Shown: positions 31,534-41,274 of the stretch, piece after piece
Position numbering within the stretch: position 1 is the stretch's first letter
Layout of the letters: each line of letters begins with the position of its first letter
Assembly: GCA_965197475.1 (NCBI GenBank)
Contig: CBDANF010000003.1
Location: 544,001-608,000 of the forward strand
Direction: 5' to 3'
Length of the DNA stretch: 64,000 nt
DNA from: Candidatus Poribacteria bacterium
Lineage (GTDB): Bacteria; Poribacteria; WGA-4E; WGA-3G
Translations under genes and position numbers: made by a program
The notes under the pieces: model-generated
Seen by the model: only the letters and a program-made list of their open reading frames with translations
The model's database searches: none
What the model was told of the DNA's origin: nothing

Positions 31534-34500
31534 ATGTGGTCAAAAATCACCGAAGTTTCACTCAGGAATAGGCTCCTTGTTATTTGTGGACTCATCGCTG
31601 CAGTAATTATCGGCTTCAGGATGTTTCAAACAGCACCAATTGACGTTTATCCCGATATCAATCCACCCCGGATTACTGTGCTGACTGAAGCGCATGGGTG
31701 GTCCCCCGAAGAGATGGAGACCCTTGTTACGTTACCGATCGAAAGCTCAATGAACGGTGCGCCCGATGTTACACGGGTTCGTTCATCATCAGCAATCGGT
31801 TTGTCGCTTGTTTTCGTTGAATTTGAATGGGGGATGGATATTTTCCTGGCGCGACAGATGGTCTCTGAACGACTCCAACTCGTTGGACCGAATTTGCCGG
31901 AAGGCGTTGATGCCCCAATAATTCTACCCACCTCTTCCCTGTTAGGGGAAATTCTGGAATATGCACTTATTGATGAATCAGAAGAAAAACAAAAACTTGA
32001 CCCGATGGAGATGCGCGATATAGCAGATTGGGTGATCCGTTATCGGCTGCAATCAAAGGGCGGTATCGCCAATGTGATTAACATCGGTGGTTATATCAAG
32101 CAATTTCAGGTCTTCGTCAATCCTGAACGGTTGGTAAGTTACGGTATTTCACTTGAAGATGTTGCACATGCACTTGAAAAGAGCAATGATAACGCTGCAG
32201 GTGGATTTCTTATTAAGGACACGCGTGAGTTGATGATTAGAGGGTTGGGACGGATTTCTTCGGTTGCTGACATTGAAAATGTTGTGATTGATGTCCGAGA
32301 ACACAACACACCTGTGCTCGTTAATGATGTCGCAACAGTGAGAATCGGGTCGTTACCAGAGATCCGCCGTGGTGCGGGGAGTCGAAATGGTGAAGAAACC
32401 GTTTTAGGCAAGGTAGTTAAGCAACCCGGCATCAATACGCTTACCCTCAGCGATAAAGTGGTTTCAGAACTGGACTCGCTGGAAAAATCGCTGCCAGAAG
32501 GAGTAAAAATTGAAGTTGAGTACGCGCAAGCTAACCTAATTCGGCGTGCTGTGGATACGGTCAAAGAAGCACTGCGGGATGGCGCAATCCTCGTTGTTGT
32601 TGTCCTGATCATCTTTCTTTTTAATATCCGCACCGCGTTGATTACTCTCACTGCTATTCCGTTATCGTTGATTATCGCGATCATCGTGCTGCTTTCACAG
32701 GGAGGCACTCTCAACATCATGACGCTCGCTGGCTTAGCGATTGCTGTCGGAATGGTGGTTGACGATGCGATTGTATACGTTGAAAACATCTTCAGACGAT
32801 TACAAGAGTATTTTCATCTGCGTGATTTAGGGAATGAAACTGACGAAACGCCAACGCAGGTGGTGACACGCGCAAGCGATGAGATGCGTGTATCTATAGT
32901 TTTTGCAACCTTAATTATTATCCTCGTGTTTTTACCGCTGTTCAGTCTCAGTGGGATTGAGGGCAGAATGTTCCGTCCGCTTGGTTGGGCAGTTGTAATT
33001 TCTATGGCAGCATCGCTACTCGTGGCTTTAACAGTGGTTCCTGTTTTAAGTGATCTACTGCTGGGACGCGTTAGAGATATACCGTTGCATGAACTCATTC
33101 CCATGGTTGACCCCTCAGAAAAACGGGGTCCGTTTACGTGGATAAAACGGGCTTATAACGCTTTTCGAAATCTTGTGGTGCGATGGCGGTTGTTTATTGT
33201 CAAATTGGCACCCGACTCGGATGTTGAAACTGCCTTGACACTTCAACCTGTGGTCATGTGGATCAAACGCGCTTATCGTCCTATTCTATCATTGGTGATT
33301 CGTTTACGTTGGGTTGTTGTAGCAGTTGCGCTCTTACTGGTAATATTAACTTGCGCATCGATTCCTCGTTTAGGTAGGGAATTTTTACCCGTGATGGATG
33401 AGGCAACGTTCACAATCAGCGTGTTTTCACCTCCCGGGACCTCGCTGAATGAATCTACACGTATCGGTCGAGAAATGGAAATTAGACTGGACGAAGAAAT
33501 TCCAGAAGTGACAAGCGTCAGCAGTCGAACCGGGCGCGCTGAAGCGGACGAACACGCGCACGATGTGAATACCCATGAAATCGTGGTCAATTTTGATCCG
33601 CCAGATAAACGTGAGAAAACACGTGAAGACCTCCTCGTTGAAGTGCGGGAGTTGCTTTCCACCGAAAACTTTCCGGGGGTCCAGGTATCCGTTGGACAAC
33701 CGATTCAACACCGCCTTGATCATCTTTTGTCCGGTGTTAGCGCGCAAGTGGCATTGAAACTCTTCGGCCCCGATCTTGACATGCTAAGGCAAAAAGCAGA
33801 AGACATTGAAGCAGTTATGTCGGAGATTGATGGTGTTGCGGATTTACAGGTTGAGCAGCAGGTGCAGATTGAACAACTTCAGATTAAAGTCAAGCGTTTT
33901 GAAGCAGCGCGCTACGGCTTAAGCGTCCAAGACATCACGCATTTCGCAGAAGGGGCTTTCAAAGGCGAAACAGTCAGTCAGATCATTCAGGGACAGCGGC
34001 AGTATGACCTCGTCGTCCGCATTGACCCGACACTTGTCACTACCGTTGAATCGTTCGGCAACCTCAAACTTCGAACGCCTTCAGGCGCATTTATTCCATT
34101 GAAACAGGTGGCAGATGTCAGCTTTGGTTTCGGACCTAATACCATCAATCGTGAGAACGTTTCTCGACGTATCGTGATTCAATGCAACGTGCAGGATAGA
34201 GACCTCGGTAACTTTATTGATGAAGTCAAAAAAGAAATTGAGGCACATGTTGATATACCTGAAGAATATTTCCTCACGTATGGTGGACAGTTTGAAAGTC
34301 AACAGCGCGCACAAAGACGTATTCTAATTCAAACCGGTTTCGTTTTTATTGGTATCTTTATTTTACTGTATCTTGCGATGGGTTCAGTCCGGCTTTCGAT
34401 ATTGGTAATCCTGAATTTACCGTTGGCGTTAATAGGTGGTGTTGTCAGTGTCTTTCTTACAGGTGGCGTGTTGAGTATTCCATCTATGGTTGGTTTTATT

Positions 34501-34815
34501 CTATTGTTCGGCATTGCTGTGCGAAATGGCATCATCTTGGTTTCACATATCAATGCGCTTCGTTCAGAAGGCATACCGCTATATGATGCTGTGATGAAGG
34601 GTGCTTCGGAACGGATTAGTCCTGTCTTAATGACAGCTTTAACCACAGGACTTGGGATGCTACCGCTCGCGCTTGCACACGGCTCCGGTGCGGAACTCCA
34701 GAAACCGCTTGCTATTGTCATCAGTGGTGGCATGATTACCGCCACCTTTTTGACGCTGCTTGTTTTACCAGCGTTGTATTACCTTGTTGAAAAACGCGGT
34801 GCTGAAGAATTGTAA
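31534..34815 (+). CDS. czcA: CusA/CzcA heavy-metal RND permease
   Basis: DVYPDI, GMVVDDAIVYVENI, IEGRMFRPL, PVLMTALT, GAELQKPLA. Confidence 0.9.
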   Translation: MWSKITEVSLRNRLLVICGLIAAVIIGFRMFQTAPIDVYPDINPPRITVLTEAHGWSPEEMETLVTLPIESSMNGAPDVTRVRSSSAIGLSLVFVEFEWGMDIFLARQMVSERLQLVGPNLPEGVDAPIILPTSSLLGEILEYALIDESEEKQKLDPMEMRDIADWVIRYRLQSKGGIANVINIGGYIKQFQVFVNPERLVSYGISLEDVAHALEKSNDNAAGGFLIKDTRELMIRGLGRISSVADIENVVIDVREHNTPVLVNDVATVRIGSLPEIRRGAGSRNGEETVLGKVVKQPGINTLTLSDKVVSELDSLEKSLPEGVKIEVEYAQANLIRRAVDTVKEALRDGAILVVVVLIIFLFNIRTALITLTAIPLSLIIAIIVLLSQGGTLNIMTLAGLAIAVGMVVDDAIVYVENIFRRLQEYFHLRDLGNETDETPTQVVTRASDEMRVSIVFATLIIILVFLPLFSLSGIEGRMFRPLGWAVVISMAASLLVALTVVPVLSDLLLGRVRDIPLHELIPMVDPSEKRGPFTWIKRAYNAFRNLVVRWRLFIVKLAPDSDVETALTLQPVVMWIKRAYRPILSLVIRLRWVVVAVALLLVILTCASIPRLGREFLPVMDEATFTISVFSPPGTSLNESTRIGREMEIRLDEEIPEVTSVSSRTGRAEADEHAHDVNTHEIVVNFDPPDKREKTREDLLVEVRELLSTENFPGVQVSVGQPIQHRLDHLLSGVSAQVALKLFGPDLDMLRQKAEDIEAVMSEIDGVADLQVEQQVQIEQLQIKVKRFEAARYGLSVQDITHFAEGAFKGETVSQIIQGQRQYDLVVRIDPTLVTTVESFGNLKLRTPSGAFIPLKQVADVSFGFGPNTINRENVSRRIVIQCNVQDRDLGNFIDEVKKEIEAHVDIPEEYFLTYGGQFESQQRAQRRILIQTGFVFIGIFILLYLAMGSVRLSILVILNLPLALIGGVVSVFLTGGVLSIPSMVGFILLFGIAVRNGIILVSHINALRSEGIPLYDAVMKGASERISPVLMTALTTGLGMLPLALAHGSGAELQKPLAIVISGGMITATFLTLLVLPALYYLVEKRGAEEL

Positions 34816-34837
34816 CCGTTTAATGCTCGCAAAATAT

Positions 34838-34913
34838 TCTTGTGGGAGGGCTTTCTAAGCCCGATGAAGTTGATTTCTCTTGTGGGAGGACTTTCTAAGT
34901 CCTCCCACAAGAA
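34838..34913. repeat. Tandem REP-like palindromes / terminator after czcA
   Basis: TCTTGTGGGAGG..CTTTCTAAG occurs twice; second copy forms hairpin CTTGTGGGAGGACTT..AAGTCCTCCCACAAG. Confidence 0.55.
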
Positions 34914-34936
34914 AATTGGCACTGGCGTTGATTCGT

Positions 34937-34997
34937 AAATCCTGGTTCAGACAATCCGAGAAATCTGTGTAATCTGTAAAATCCGTGATTCAGACAA
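34937..34997. repeat. Orphan copies of the AATCCTGGTTCAGACAA repeat motif
   Basis: AAATCCTGGTTCAGACAA...AAAATCCGTGATTCAGACAA match the units at 59626-60737. Confidence 0.75.
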
Positions 34998-35013
34998 ACC
35001 ACACATCCAACCC

Positions 35014-35137
35014 ACAGAGCCATTCAATTGTCGATTTTTTACACGTTTATCCGAAAAGTCGCGATTCGGAGATCGCTCCTGCAGAGGAAAGACCGTTAGC
35101 AGAAAGTAGCAACTACTTGAGAATTGAATGGCTCTGT
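35014..35137. repeat. 124-bp MITE, family M2, complete copy
   Basis: 16-bp TIR ACAGAGCCATTCAATT / AATTGAATGGCTCTGT; internal GCGATTCGGAGATCGC hairpin; left-truncated copies end at 39579 and 48489. Confidence 0.85.
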
Positions 35138-35363
35138 CTATAAAAAGAAAATTGGTAGATCTGTATCTACGAGTAAATTCAGGGAAATGGTGTAAATACC
35201 TAAAATTTTGCGAATTTTTAGAAAAAAGTTGAAATTTCTGTAACCTATCTTGCAATACATAACGTTGAATAAGGTATATATGGATATCATGCACGTGCAA
35301 CACAAATTTGTAGTGAGGAAGTTACACCGTCGTTAACCATATTTTGCGTAAGGGGATTTAACA

Positions 35364-35513
35364 ATGAAAAACCGAGATATGAATACCACAATCCAGAAAG
35401 TGACCACGCTGGATGCCTGCCACCTGAGCAGGATTTGCTCACGCAGCATACATCGGTTGGCGAATTTTAACTATAAGTTAATACCCCCCCCCCCCCCACT
35501 TCACATTCGTTAA
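35364..35513 (+). CDS. Putative leader peptide containing a C14 tract
   Basis: RBS AAGGGG, ATG 35364, MKNRDMNTTIQ...KLIPPPPPLHIR*; downstream GC hairpin plus T-rich run at ~35572-35628. Confidence 0.4.
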   Translation: MKNRDMNTTIQKVTTLDACHLSRICSRSIHRLANFNYKLIPPPPPLHIR

Positions 35514-35714
35514 TTTCAATCAATTTATTGGACAAGGTCTTATTGCAGACGTTAGCAGCTGCGATATCTTCGCGCCCGCACGCGCGCTCCGTCTCACACG
35601 GAGTGTCTCGTCGCGGGCTTTTGTTGTTTGTGGAAATAGACGCGATTTATGCTGAATCGTGTCTGATAATTGTTTTAGTTTTACTTGAAAAATTTTAACG
35701 GAGGAGATATAATT

Positions 35715-36158
35715 GTGAAAAAGAAATTTTTTACAGCAAATGTTGATGTGGCAGCTATAGCTGCATTCGGTGGACTTACCGCTATCTCGTTCTTCGCACT
35801 CTTTTTTGAGGAACACGGAATCCGCCTCAGTATCGTTGCACTCGCTATCTCGCTTTGGGGATTCTTGTCCTTAAAACAGATGGATACGGAACAGGAGACA
35901 CAGCGTGTTGAAAAAACCTCGTCTGTTTTTCACAAACCGCAACATCGGAAAAACAGGCGGAGACTCATCACTGCAGTGGTTCTCATTTTGATTAGCGGGG
36001 TTATTCTGTCCGGTGCTATTAAAATGACACGCGCAACACAGATGGATAAACTTGACTGCACAGAACAACCCCGATCTGACAGTATCATATTGGAAAAACA
36101 GGAAACGCCTTGTCCAAAATCAACCATACTGCCCTGCTCGCTGGACGCAGCGGAATAA
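35715..36158 (+). CDS. Small membrane protein (three hydrophobic segments), gene X
   Basis: RBS GGAGGAG before GTG 35715; hydrophobic segments. Confidence 0.6.
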   Translation: MKKKFFTANVDVAAIAAFGGLTAISFFALFFEEHGIRLSIVALAISLWGFLSLKQMDTEQETQRVEKTSSVFHKPQHRKNRRRLITAVVLILISGVILSGAIKMTRATQMDKLDCTEQPRSDSIILEKQETPCPKSTILPCSLDAAE

Positions 36159-36193
36159 CAGGGATAAACAATCCTAATTCGGAGGATATTTTG

Positions 36194-37036
36194 ATGAAAC
36201 GCAAACTTTACTGGGGACTCGGTGTCCTCATTATTCTACTGATCGGTGTTAGTGCCGTGTTGGTAATCCGACACGAAATGGCGGTACACAAGCAACTCAA
36301 AGCCAATTTAGATGCAGCGAATAAACTGCTTGAAGCACAGAACAAGCCATCAGAAGTGCCGGCTGAAAAAGGGCATGTTCACGATGATGGCACTTTTCAC
36401 GTAGGCGAACATGGCGATCCGATAGTGGAACAAGACGACCCCACGGGTGAACAAAATGAACCCCTAAAACCACCACCATCACGAGACTTCGAACCCGTCC
36501 AAATACAGATACCAGAAGGTATAACAGACCCCGATGTGTTGGCAGCGTGGGAACGACTTGACTACATCGCCAATAATATTTGGGACTGGGGTGGTGTGCC
36601 ATCGCAAGAGACAGAAGAACTGATCGCACAACTTATGCCACCGCCAGATGGGTTTTCGGGTCCCAGCGGACACAGCGATGCCGAAGAGACCATAAATCTA
36701 CTCGGCAGCTTGGATAGAAACGACCCGCGCTCCGCAGAAGTCATGGTGACTTATTACTGTGAGAATATTATCGGGGGGCTTGGTCCACGAAATGCGATAA
36801 TAGATATAGGACCGCCTGCCGTGCCACTGCTGATACCCTATCTGTTTGAAGATGGAAATGCAGAAGCCGTTGCCGCTTTAGGTGGGATAGTCGTAAAGCA
36901 TCGTAAGGAATTAGGGGGTATTGTAGACCATATCATTATTCCAAAATTGGAAGAATATGCGGCAATAGAAGACCCGCCAGGTAAGATGTATTATCCGAGA
37001 AAGTGGGCGCGAGAAGCCCTTGAACTTTTGAAATAA
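36194..37036 (+). CDS. Membrane-anchored protein A1 (MKRKLYWG leader, His-rich motif, HEAT-like C-terminus)
   Basis: RBS GGAGG, N-terminal TM, GHVHDDGTFH, IGPPAVPLLI. Confidence 0.75.
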   Translation: MKRKLYWGLGVLIILLIGVSAVLVIRHEMAVHKQLKANLDAANKLLEAQNKPSEVPAEKGHVHDDGTFHVGEHGDPIVEQDDPTGEQNEPLKPPPSRDFEPVQIQIPEGITDPDVLAAWERLDYIANNIWDWGGVPSQETEELIAQLMPPPDGFSGPSGHSDAEETINLLGSLDRNDPRSAEVMVTYYCENIIGGLGPRNAIIDIGPPAVPLLIPYLFEDGNAEAVAALGGIVVKHRKELGGIVDHIIIPKLEEYAAIEDPPGKMYYPRKWAREALELLK

Positions 37037-37066
37037 CCGAAATCTATATATGAAAGGAGAAATCCG

Positions 37067-38875
37067 ATGAAAGTTCGTTATGTTTTCTACATGCTATTAC
37101 TTGTTATCTGTGTGTTAATTCCGTTTCATTTGAGTTCCACAGTAATATCGTTTCATTCGCAGACACCTTGTATTCGTATCAAATCGTGGTCTGTCGGACA
37201 AAGTTCGGGTTATTATGGTAAAGAGAAACTCGCAATAAACATTGGGTCGTTCATTACGAATTCAGAACAGACGTGTTGTGTGCATGTATCGGTGGGTTAT
37301 TGTGATGACCAACCTTCGCAGACCAACATAATGTATCCGATTACTTCGTTTGGATATGAGTTGTCTATGAGTCATGGGTTCGTAGTAGAAAAGGCGGTTT
37401 ATAGTGTGAGTGGTCCGGATGCTGCGTTGTTTGACCCGGCCACAAGTTTTTCTGTGAGTGCGAAGTTTAAGGGACCCAAGGATGAGGAGGAGCTTGTCTC
37501 ATCGTGTAACGGAAATAATGGTCGCGATAACAAACCGATGTGGGTCAAGGTGAAGTTTATTGGCTACTACGGGACGGATCTCGATAACCAAAAGTCCGTT
37601 TCAGTTTCGGGACAGTGGGTACAAGATACAAAAGACAGGATACGGCAGGAATATGTGGATATGACACCACCCGATAGTAGAGCCGAATTGCCGGTGCCTG
37701 GCAGATCGTCATTTGTTTCCACAATCTCAACCGACAACGGTGTGGATCGATGGAATACGGGGCATTATAGTAGTTTCATGATAGATGATGGATTGAAAGG
37801 GAAAAAGGCAGATTGGCTCGCGGAAGTTAATAAAGAACGCAAAAGTAACGGTTTATCCGCGTTTACGGATGCTGATTTTCAGGTGAACAGTGCGTATCGC
37901 AATCCGTATCATCAGCGTTTTCATGTCGGCAAGGGGGCACTTGCTTCATTTCATAGTCGTCATCCGTTTGGCGATGCGTTAGATGTTCACACCCCCGATG
38001 TAAATGGCAATGGCACAGAAGAGCAAGTCTATAAGAATTATGCTAACAGTGCCGATGGCGTTGCTATGCAGCGAGCCGCCGAGTCTAAGTCTGTTGGTGC
38101 TTTGTGGACAGCTTCTTATCTATACTATAGTACGCACACGCATGCGGATTGGACGCTGCGCGTGAAAGATGGCGGGAGTTGGCCTCCGCCGAATGGCACT
38201 GTCTATTCTCCACCGTGTAACATAGATGGAACAGCATCAAGTGGTCCGTATGTGACGGGGGCAACAACGGGCAATGCAGAAGAAACGAATGAAGGTCAAA
38301 CGGGACAGGATACCGGTGGTAGTGAACAGACCACAGATGCTCCTGCCATCGGCCCCTGTGGACATACCTATTGGCTAGGTTCATCCTCGGACTACGACCA
38401 TAGATCAGAAACTTGGGGGTGTGGACATACGATCTATGTTTGTCAATCCAGTTCCCATTCGCTGCAAGCGAGTTGTTCCGAAACGAATGCGAATGGCGAT
38501 AGTTGTACGGTGACAAGTTTCTATGCGTGTCAGACGCATACACACGAGTATCCTGCTGCGCCGAGTTTTGCGCCCAGTTTATCCGTCGGTTCAAGCAGCT
38601 ATAGTGCGGGGAGTTCTTTGTCTCCGGTTGTCACATCTGATGCGCCTATTTACGGTGCGCATTTGTTTGTGCGTGCGCCGGGGGATACAAGCACCTATGG
38701 CACAAAAATAGGCTGGTTTCCTGGGGGTCGCACGACACAGACATTGACGTTGCCTTACACGTTTGCTGCTAATGCTGCGAGTGGCAGCTATAAGATCACT
38801 GCGCGTGTGTATCCGTGGAATGGTGATGCGTGGGGCGATCCGGATTATTTATCTGACTACGTGTCGGTTGAGTAG
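37067..38875 (+). CDS. Secreted protein P1 with M15/Hedgehog-type Zn-peptidase domain, Cys/His repeat and beta-rich C-terminus
   Basis: Signal peptide; NSAYRNP..SRHPFGDALD..HTHAD (SxH-x6-D..HxH pattern); CGH..H..CGH..C..H. Confidence 0.7.
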   Translation: MKVRYVFYMLLLVICVLIPFHLSSTVISFHSQTPCIRIKSWSVGQSSGYYGKEKLAINIGSFITNSEQTCCVHVSVGYCDDQPSQTNIMYPITSFGYELSMSHGFVVEKAVYSVSGPDAALFDPATSFSVSAKFKGPKDEEELVSSCNGNNGRDNKPMWVKVKFIGYYGTDLDNQKSVSVSGQWVQDTKDRIRQEYVDMTPPDSRAELPVPGRSSFVSTISTDNGVDRWNTGHYSSFMIDDGLKGKKADWLAEVNKERKSNGLSAFTDADFQVNSAYRNPYHQRFHVGKGALASFHSRHPFGDALDVHTPDVNGNGTEEQVYKNYANSADGVAMQRAAESKSVGALWTASYLYYSTHTHADWTLRVKDGGSWPPPNGTVYSPPCNIDGTASSGPYVTGATTGNAEETNEGQTGQDTGGSEQTTDAPAIGPCGHTYWLGSSSDYDHRSETWGCGHTIYVCQSSSHSLQASCSETNANGDSCTVTSFYACQTHTHEYPAAPSFAPSLSVGSSSYSAGSSLSPVVTSDAPIYGAHLFVRAPGDTSTYGTKIGWFPGGRTTQTLTLPYTFAANAASGSYKITARVYPWNGDAWGDPDYLSDYVSVE

Positions 38876-38913
38876 TTGTCCTTTAGATTAGAAAGGGGCG
38901 TGTCTTGGAACTG

Positions 38914-38951
38914 ACAGGCAGATATTCTTTTGGGTATCTGCCTGTTTTTTG
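38914..38951 (+). terminator. Intrinsic terminator-like hairpin between P and C (also at 45846-45883)
   Basis: ACAGGCAGATA-loop-TATCTGCCTGT followed by T run. Confidence 0.65.
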
Positions 38952-38965
38952 TAAAGGAGCACTTA

Positions 38966-39439
38966 ATGAAAGTAAAATCCTTCATAACAGGTCTTATCAT
39001 CCCGTTACTCCTCACTGCTGGTATCATTCTATATCTGCAACATGCACCAAAATTGGCACCCGCAACTGAAATTCCGCATCAAAAAGATGTAATAGCAAAT
39101 GTGGAACAACCGAAGGTAAACGCTGTCAATTCCAACACAACTGCAGAAAACCCTGACGCGTTCTATCAGTTGATTATTGACAACAACATCTTCCGTCCAC
39201 TCGGTTGGCAACCGCCCAGAAAACAGCCGGACTATACCCTTATCGGCACAACAGTTTCACAGAACGCAGCAGATTCAAAGGCGTTTATATTGGAGCGGCG
39301 TTCAAATCGCATGCATATCGTCAAAGTTGGGGACACCCTTGACGATGCGCGTGTGAAAGAGATTCAATCGAAACGTGTCACACTGCATGAAGCAGGAAAA
39401 GACATAATCCTGCATGGCGGTAGGCTGCAGTTTTTCTAA
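38966..39439 (+). CDS. GspC/PilP-like membrane-anchored protein C1
   Basis: TM, NNIFRP, YTLIGT..AFI..IVKVGDTL..RVKEIQSKRVTL resembles the T2SS GspC homology region. Confidence 0.6.
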   Translation: MKVKSFITGLIIPLLLTAGIILYLQHAPKLAPATEIPHQKDVIANVEQPKVNAVNSNTTAENPDAFYQLIIDNNIFRPLGWQPPRKQPDYTLIGTTVSQNAADSKAFILERRSNRMHIVKVGDTLDDARVKEIQSKRVTLHEAGKDIILHGGRLQFF

Positions 39440-39596
39440 CATCTTCCTCTTCCCACAAGGTTATTTAGTTTTAGACTTTTTGTCCAGTTTATCCGAAAAG
39501 TCGTGATTCGGAGATCGCTCCTACAGCGGAAAGACCGTTATCAGAAAGTAACAACTACTTGAGAATTGAATGGCTCTGTCCAACCCAGAAAAAACC

Positions 39597-39625
39597 TTGA
39601 ATGATAGAAAAAAATATGCTATAAT
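39597..39625 (+). promoter_or_regulatory. Sigma70-like promoter of the regulator, duplicated at 48507
   Basis: TTGAAT-17bp-TATAAT with extended TG. Confidence 0.65.
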
Positions 39626-39664
39626 ACTCTCAAACCTGAAATTTGTAAGAAGAGGGAAAGTCAC

Positions 39665-39877
39665 GTGAATTGCGAAATGAGCGAAACACGCATGCGTATC
39701 CTACAACTTTTGAAGATGCGTTCCAGCATGACGGTCAGTCAACTAATTGAAGCACTCCACATCAGTGACATGGGGGTCAGACAACATCTCACTATCCTTC
39801 AAGAAGAAGGTTTGGTTGAATATCATCAAGAAAAGCATGGACGCATCGAAATAACAGGGATAAACAATCCTAATTAG
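39665..39877 (+). pseudogene. Truncated copy of SufR-like regulator (HTH only)
   Basis: Near-identical to the 48575 gene up to ...EKHGR, then switches sequence at TGGACGC. Confidence 0.92.
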
Positions 39878-39889
39878 GAGGATATTTTG

Positions 39890-41260
39890 ATGAAACGCAA
39901 ACTTTATTGGGGGTTTGCAGCCCTCATTATCCTGATTATCGGCACTGCAGGTGTGTTGTTCATTCAACACAACCGCGCCGAAATGGTGCTCCTTGAAGCG
40001 TTGTCGGATGCCGATAACAGCGATAGTTCACAACAGCAGCCCGCCCAACGTGGCGTTGGTTCTACTGACTACAAAGCCCCCCCGCTCGGTGAAACAGACG
40101 ATACAGGGTATTGGGAAGGAAACACATGGCATCAGAAACCGGCACCCAAACCGAAGAAAAAAGGGTGGTGGAAGACAGGGGATACAAGAAAATATCTTGA
40201 GATGCTTGCCATTACCGGTAACATCCCAAAAGAATTCAGGCCCGACTCCAAAGCTTTTGCCCGGTGGATCATTGCCGAACACCCCTATTCCCAAGCAGCC
40301 CTTGAAGCGAGATTAGTGCTGGGTGGTTGGGGGACATCATATCTAATGGATGCCCTGAAATACCATCCAACATCACCATTACTACACGCAAAAATAGCAG
40401 CCTCTACTTCCAGTCGTCGTTATCCCGAAAAGGTTGTCGCCTTTGCAAAAAAAAAAGCACTCCGCCTGCTTCCCACGACTACCGAAGATACTTCCTATAG
40501 AGGAATATGGAATTCCCCTGCTGTGCTAAGCCACGAATCTTTAGGTCAGGCATATCAGCGATTGGGCGATTACAAATCTGCGTTAGTTCACCTCAAAGCC
40601 GCACAACGTCTTTACAAAACTGGAATTGGGGACGATGACTTAAACATGGACGGATACGAACTGATGTCTAAGTGGATCGCTGGGATAGAAGCGGGGAAGC
40701 CGCTCATAGGACCGAATCCGAAGCCGCATCCGGAGCCGTCCGCCGACTTTCCTTTATCTACTTCACAACCGTCCGCACCTGTGGCCCCTGTAGATGCCGC
40801 CGAACTCCCGCCTGTGCCGTTTGATTTCCCCGCAAGCCCGTCTGATGATATGTTCCGTGCCCCGAACACGTCCTCTTTGTCTCCTTCTGATCAAGGGATG
40901 CGTGAGCGTGAGGCCGCTAAGCAAGCCCATTCAGCGTTTGCCAAACGGCAGCAGCAAGAGTTTGGTGATTTTCTTCGGTGGATGGCGCGTATAGAACAGG
41001 CGAAGTCGCCTGCGGATTTAGAAGATTTTTTGATGCGTGAGATGGCGAAGCACCTGCAAGGTGGTGCTTCCGAGTTCACGCCGGATCGTTTGATCCATGC
41101 GTTTGAAATGGTCAATCGCCACGGAGACGCAGCGGGGATGGTGCATCTGCAAGCGTTGGATCCCGATATTGCGAAAGCGATGTCGCGTCACCCTCAAAGT
41201 AAACGTGTGCCACCGCGCACCGCGCCTGTGCGTCCGAAAACAGTTCATAACCCGAAATAG
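39890..41260 (+). CDS. Membrane-anchored TPR-like protein B1
   Basis: MKRKLYWG leader, PPLGET..GYWEGNTWH, LGQAYQRLGDYKSALVHLK, Pro-rich linker, conserved C-terminal domain. Confidence 0.75.
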   Translation: MKRKLYWGFAALIILIIGTAGVLFIQHNRAEMVLLEALSDADNSDSSQQQPAQRGVGSTDYKAPPLGETDDTGYWEGNTWHQKPAPKPKKKGWWKTGDTRKYLEMLAITGNIPKEFRPDSKAFARWIIAEHPYSQAALEARLVLGGWGTSYLMDALKYHPTSPLLHAKIAASTSSRRYPEKVVAFAKKKALRLLPTTTEDTSYRGIWNSPAVLSHESLGQAYQRLGDYKSALVHLKAAQRLYKTGIGDDDLNMDGYELMSKWIAGIEAGKPLIGPNPKPHPEPSADFPLSTSQPSAPVAPVDAAELPPVPFDFPASPSDDMFRAPNTSSLSPSDQGMREREAAKQAHSAFAKRQQQEFGDFLRWMARIEQAKSPADLEDFLMREMAKHLQGGASEFTPDRLIHAFEMVNRHGDAAGMVHLQALDPDIAKAMSRHPQSKRVPPRTAPVRPKTVHNPK

Positions 41261-41274
41261 AAAGGAGATTTCTC

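Larger units (their letters stand above)
36101..39844 (+). repeat. Copy 1 of ~3.7-kb direct repeat (A-P-C-MITE-regulator 5' end)
   Basis: Nearly identical to 43027-48754 once the IS1595 at 46404-48373 is removed. Confidence 0.95.

Noticed and set aside
32139-34745. Long antisense ORFs within czcA, and similar shadow ORFs across the window
   Set aside because: They mirror the codons of well-supported genes and carry no motifs or RBS.
40447-40456. A10 tract in B1 as a phase-variation switch
   Set aside because: It is in frame (one extra Lys versus B2), A-runs are common here, and there is no further support.
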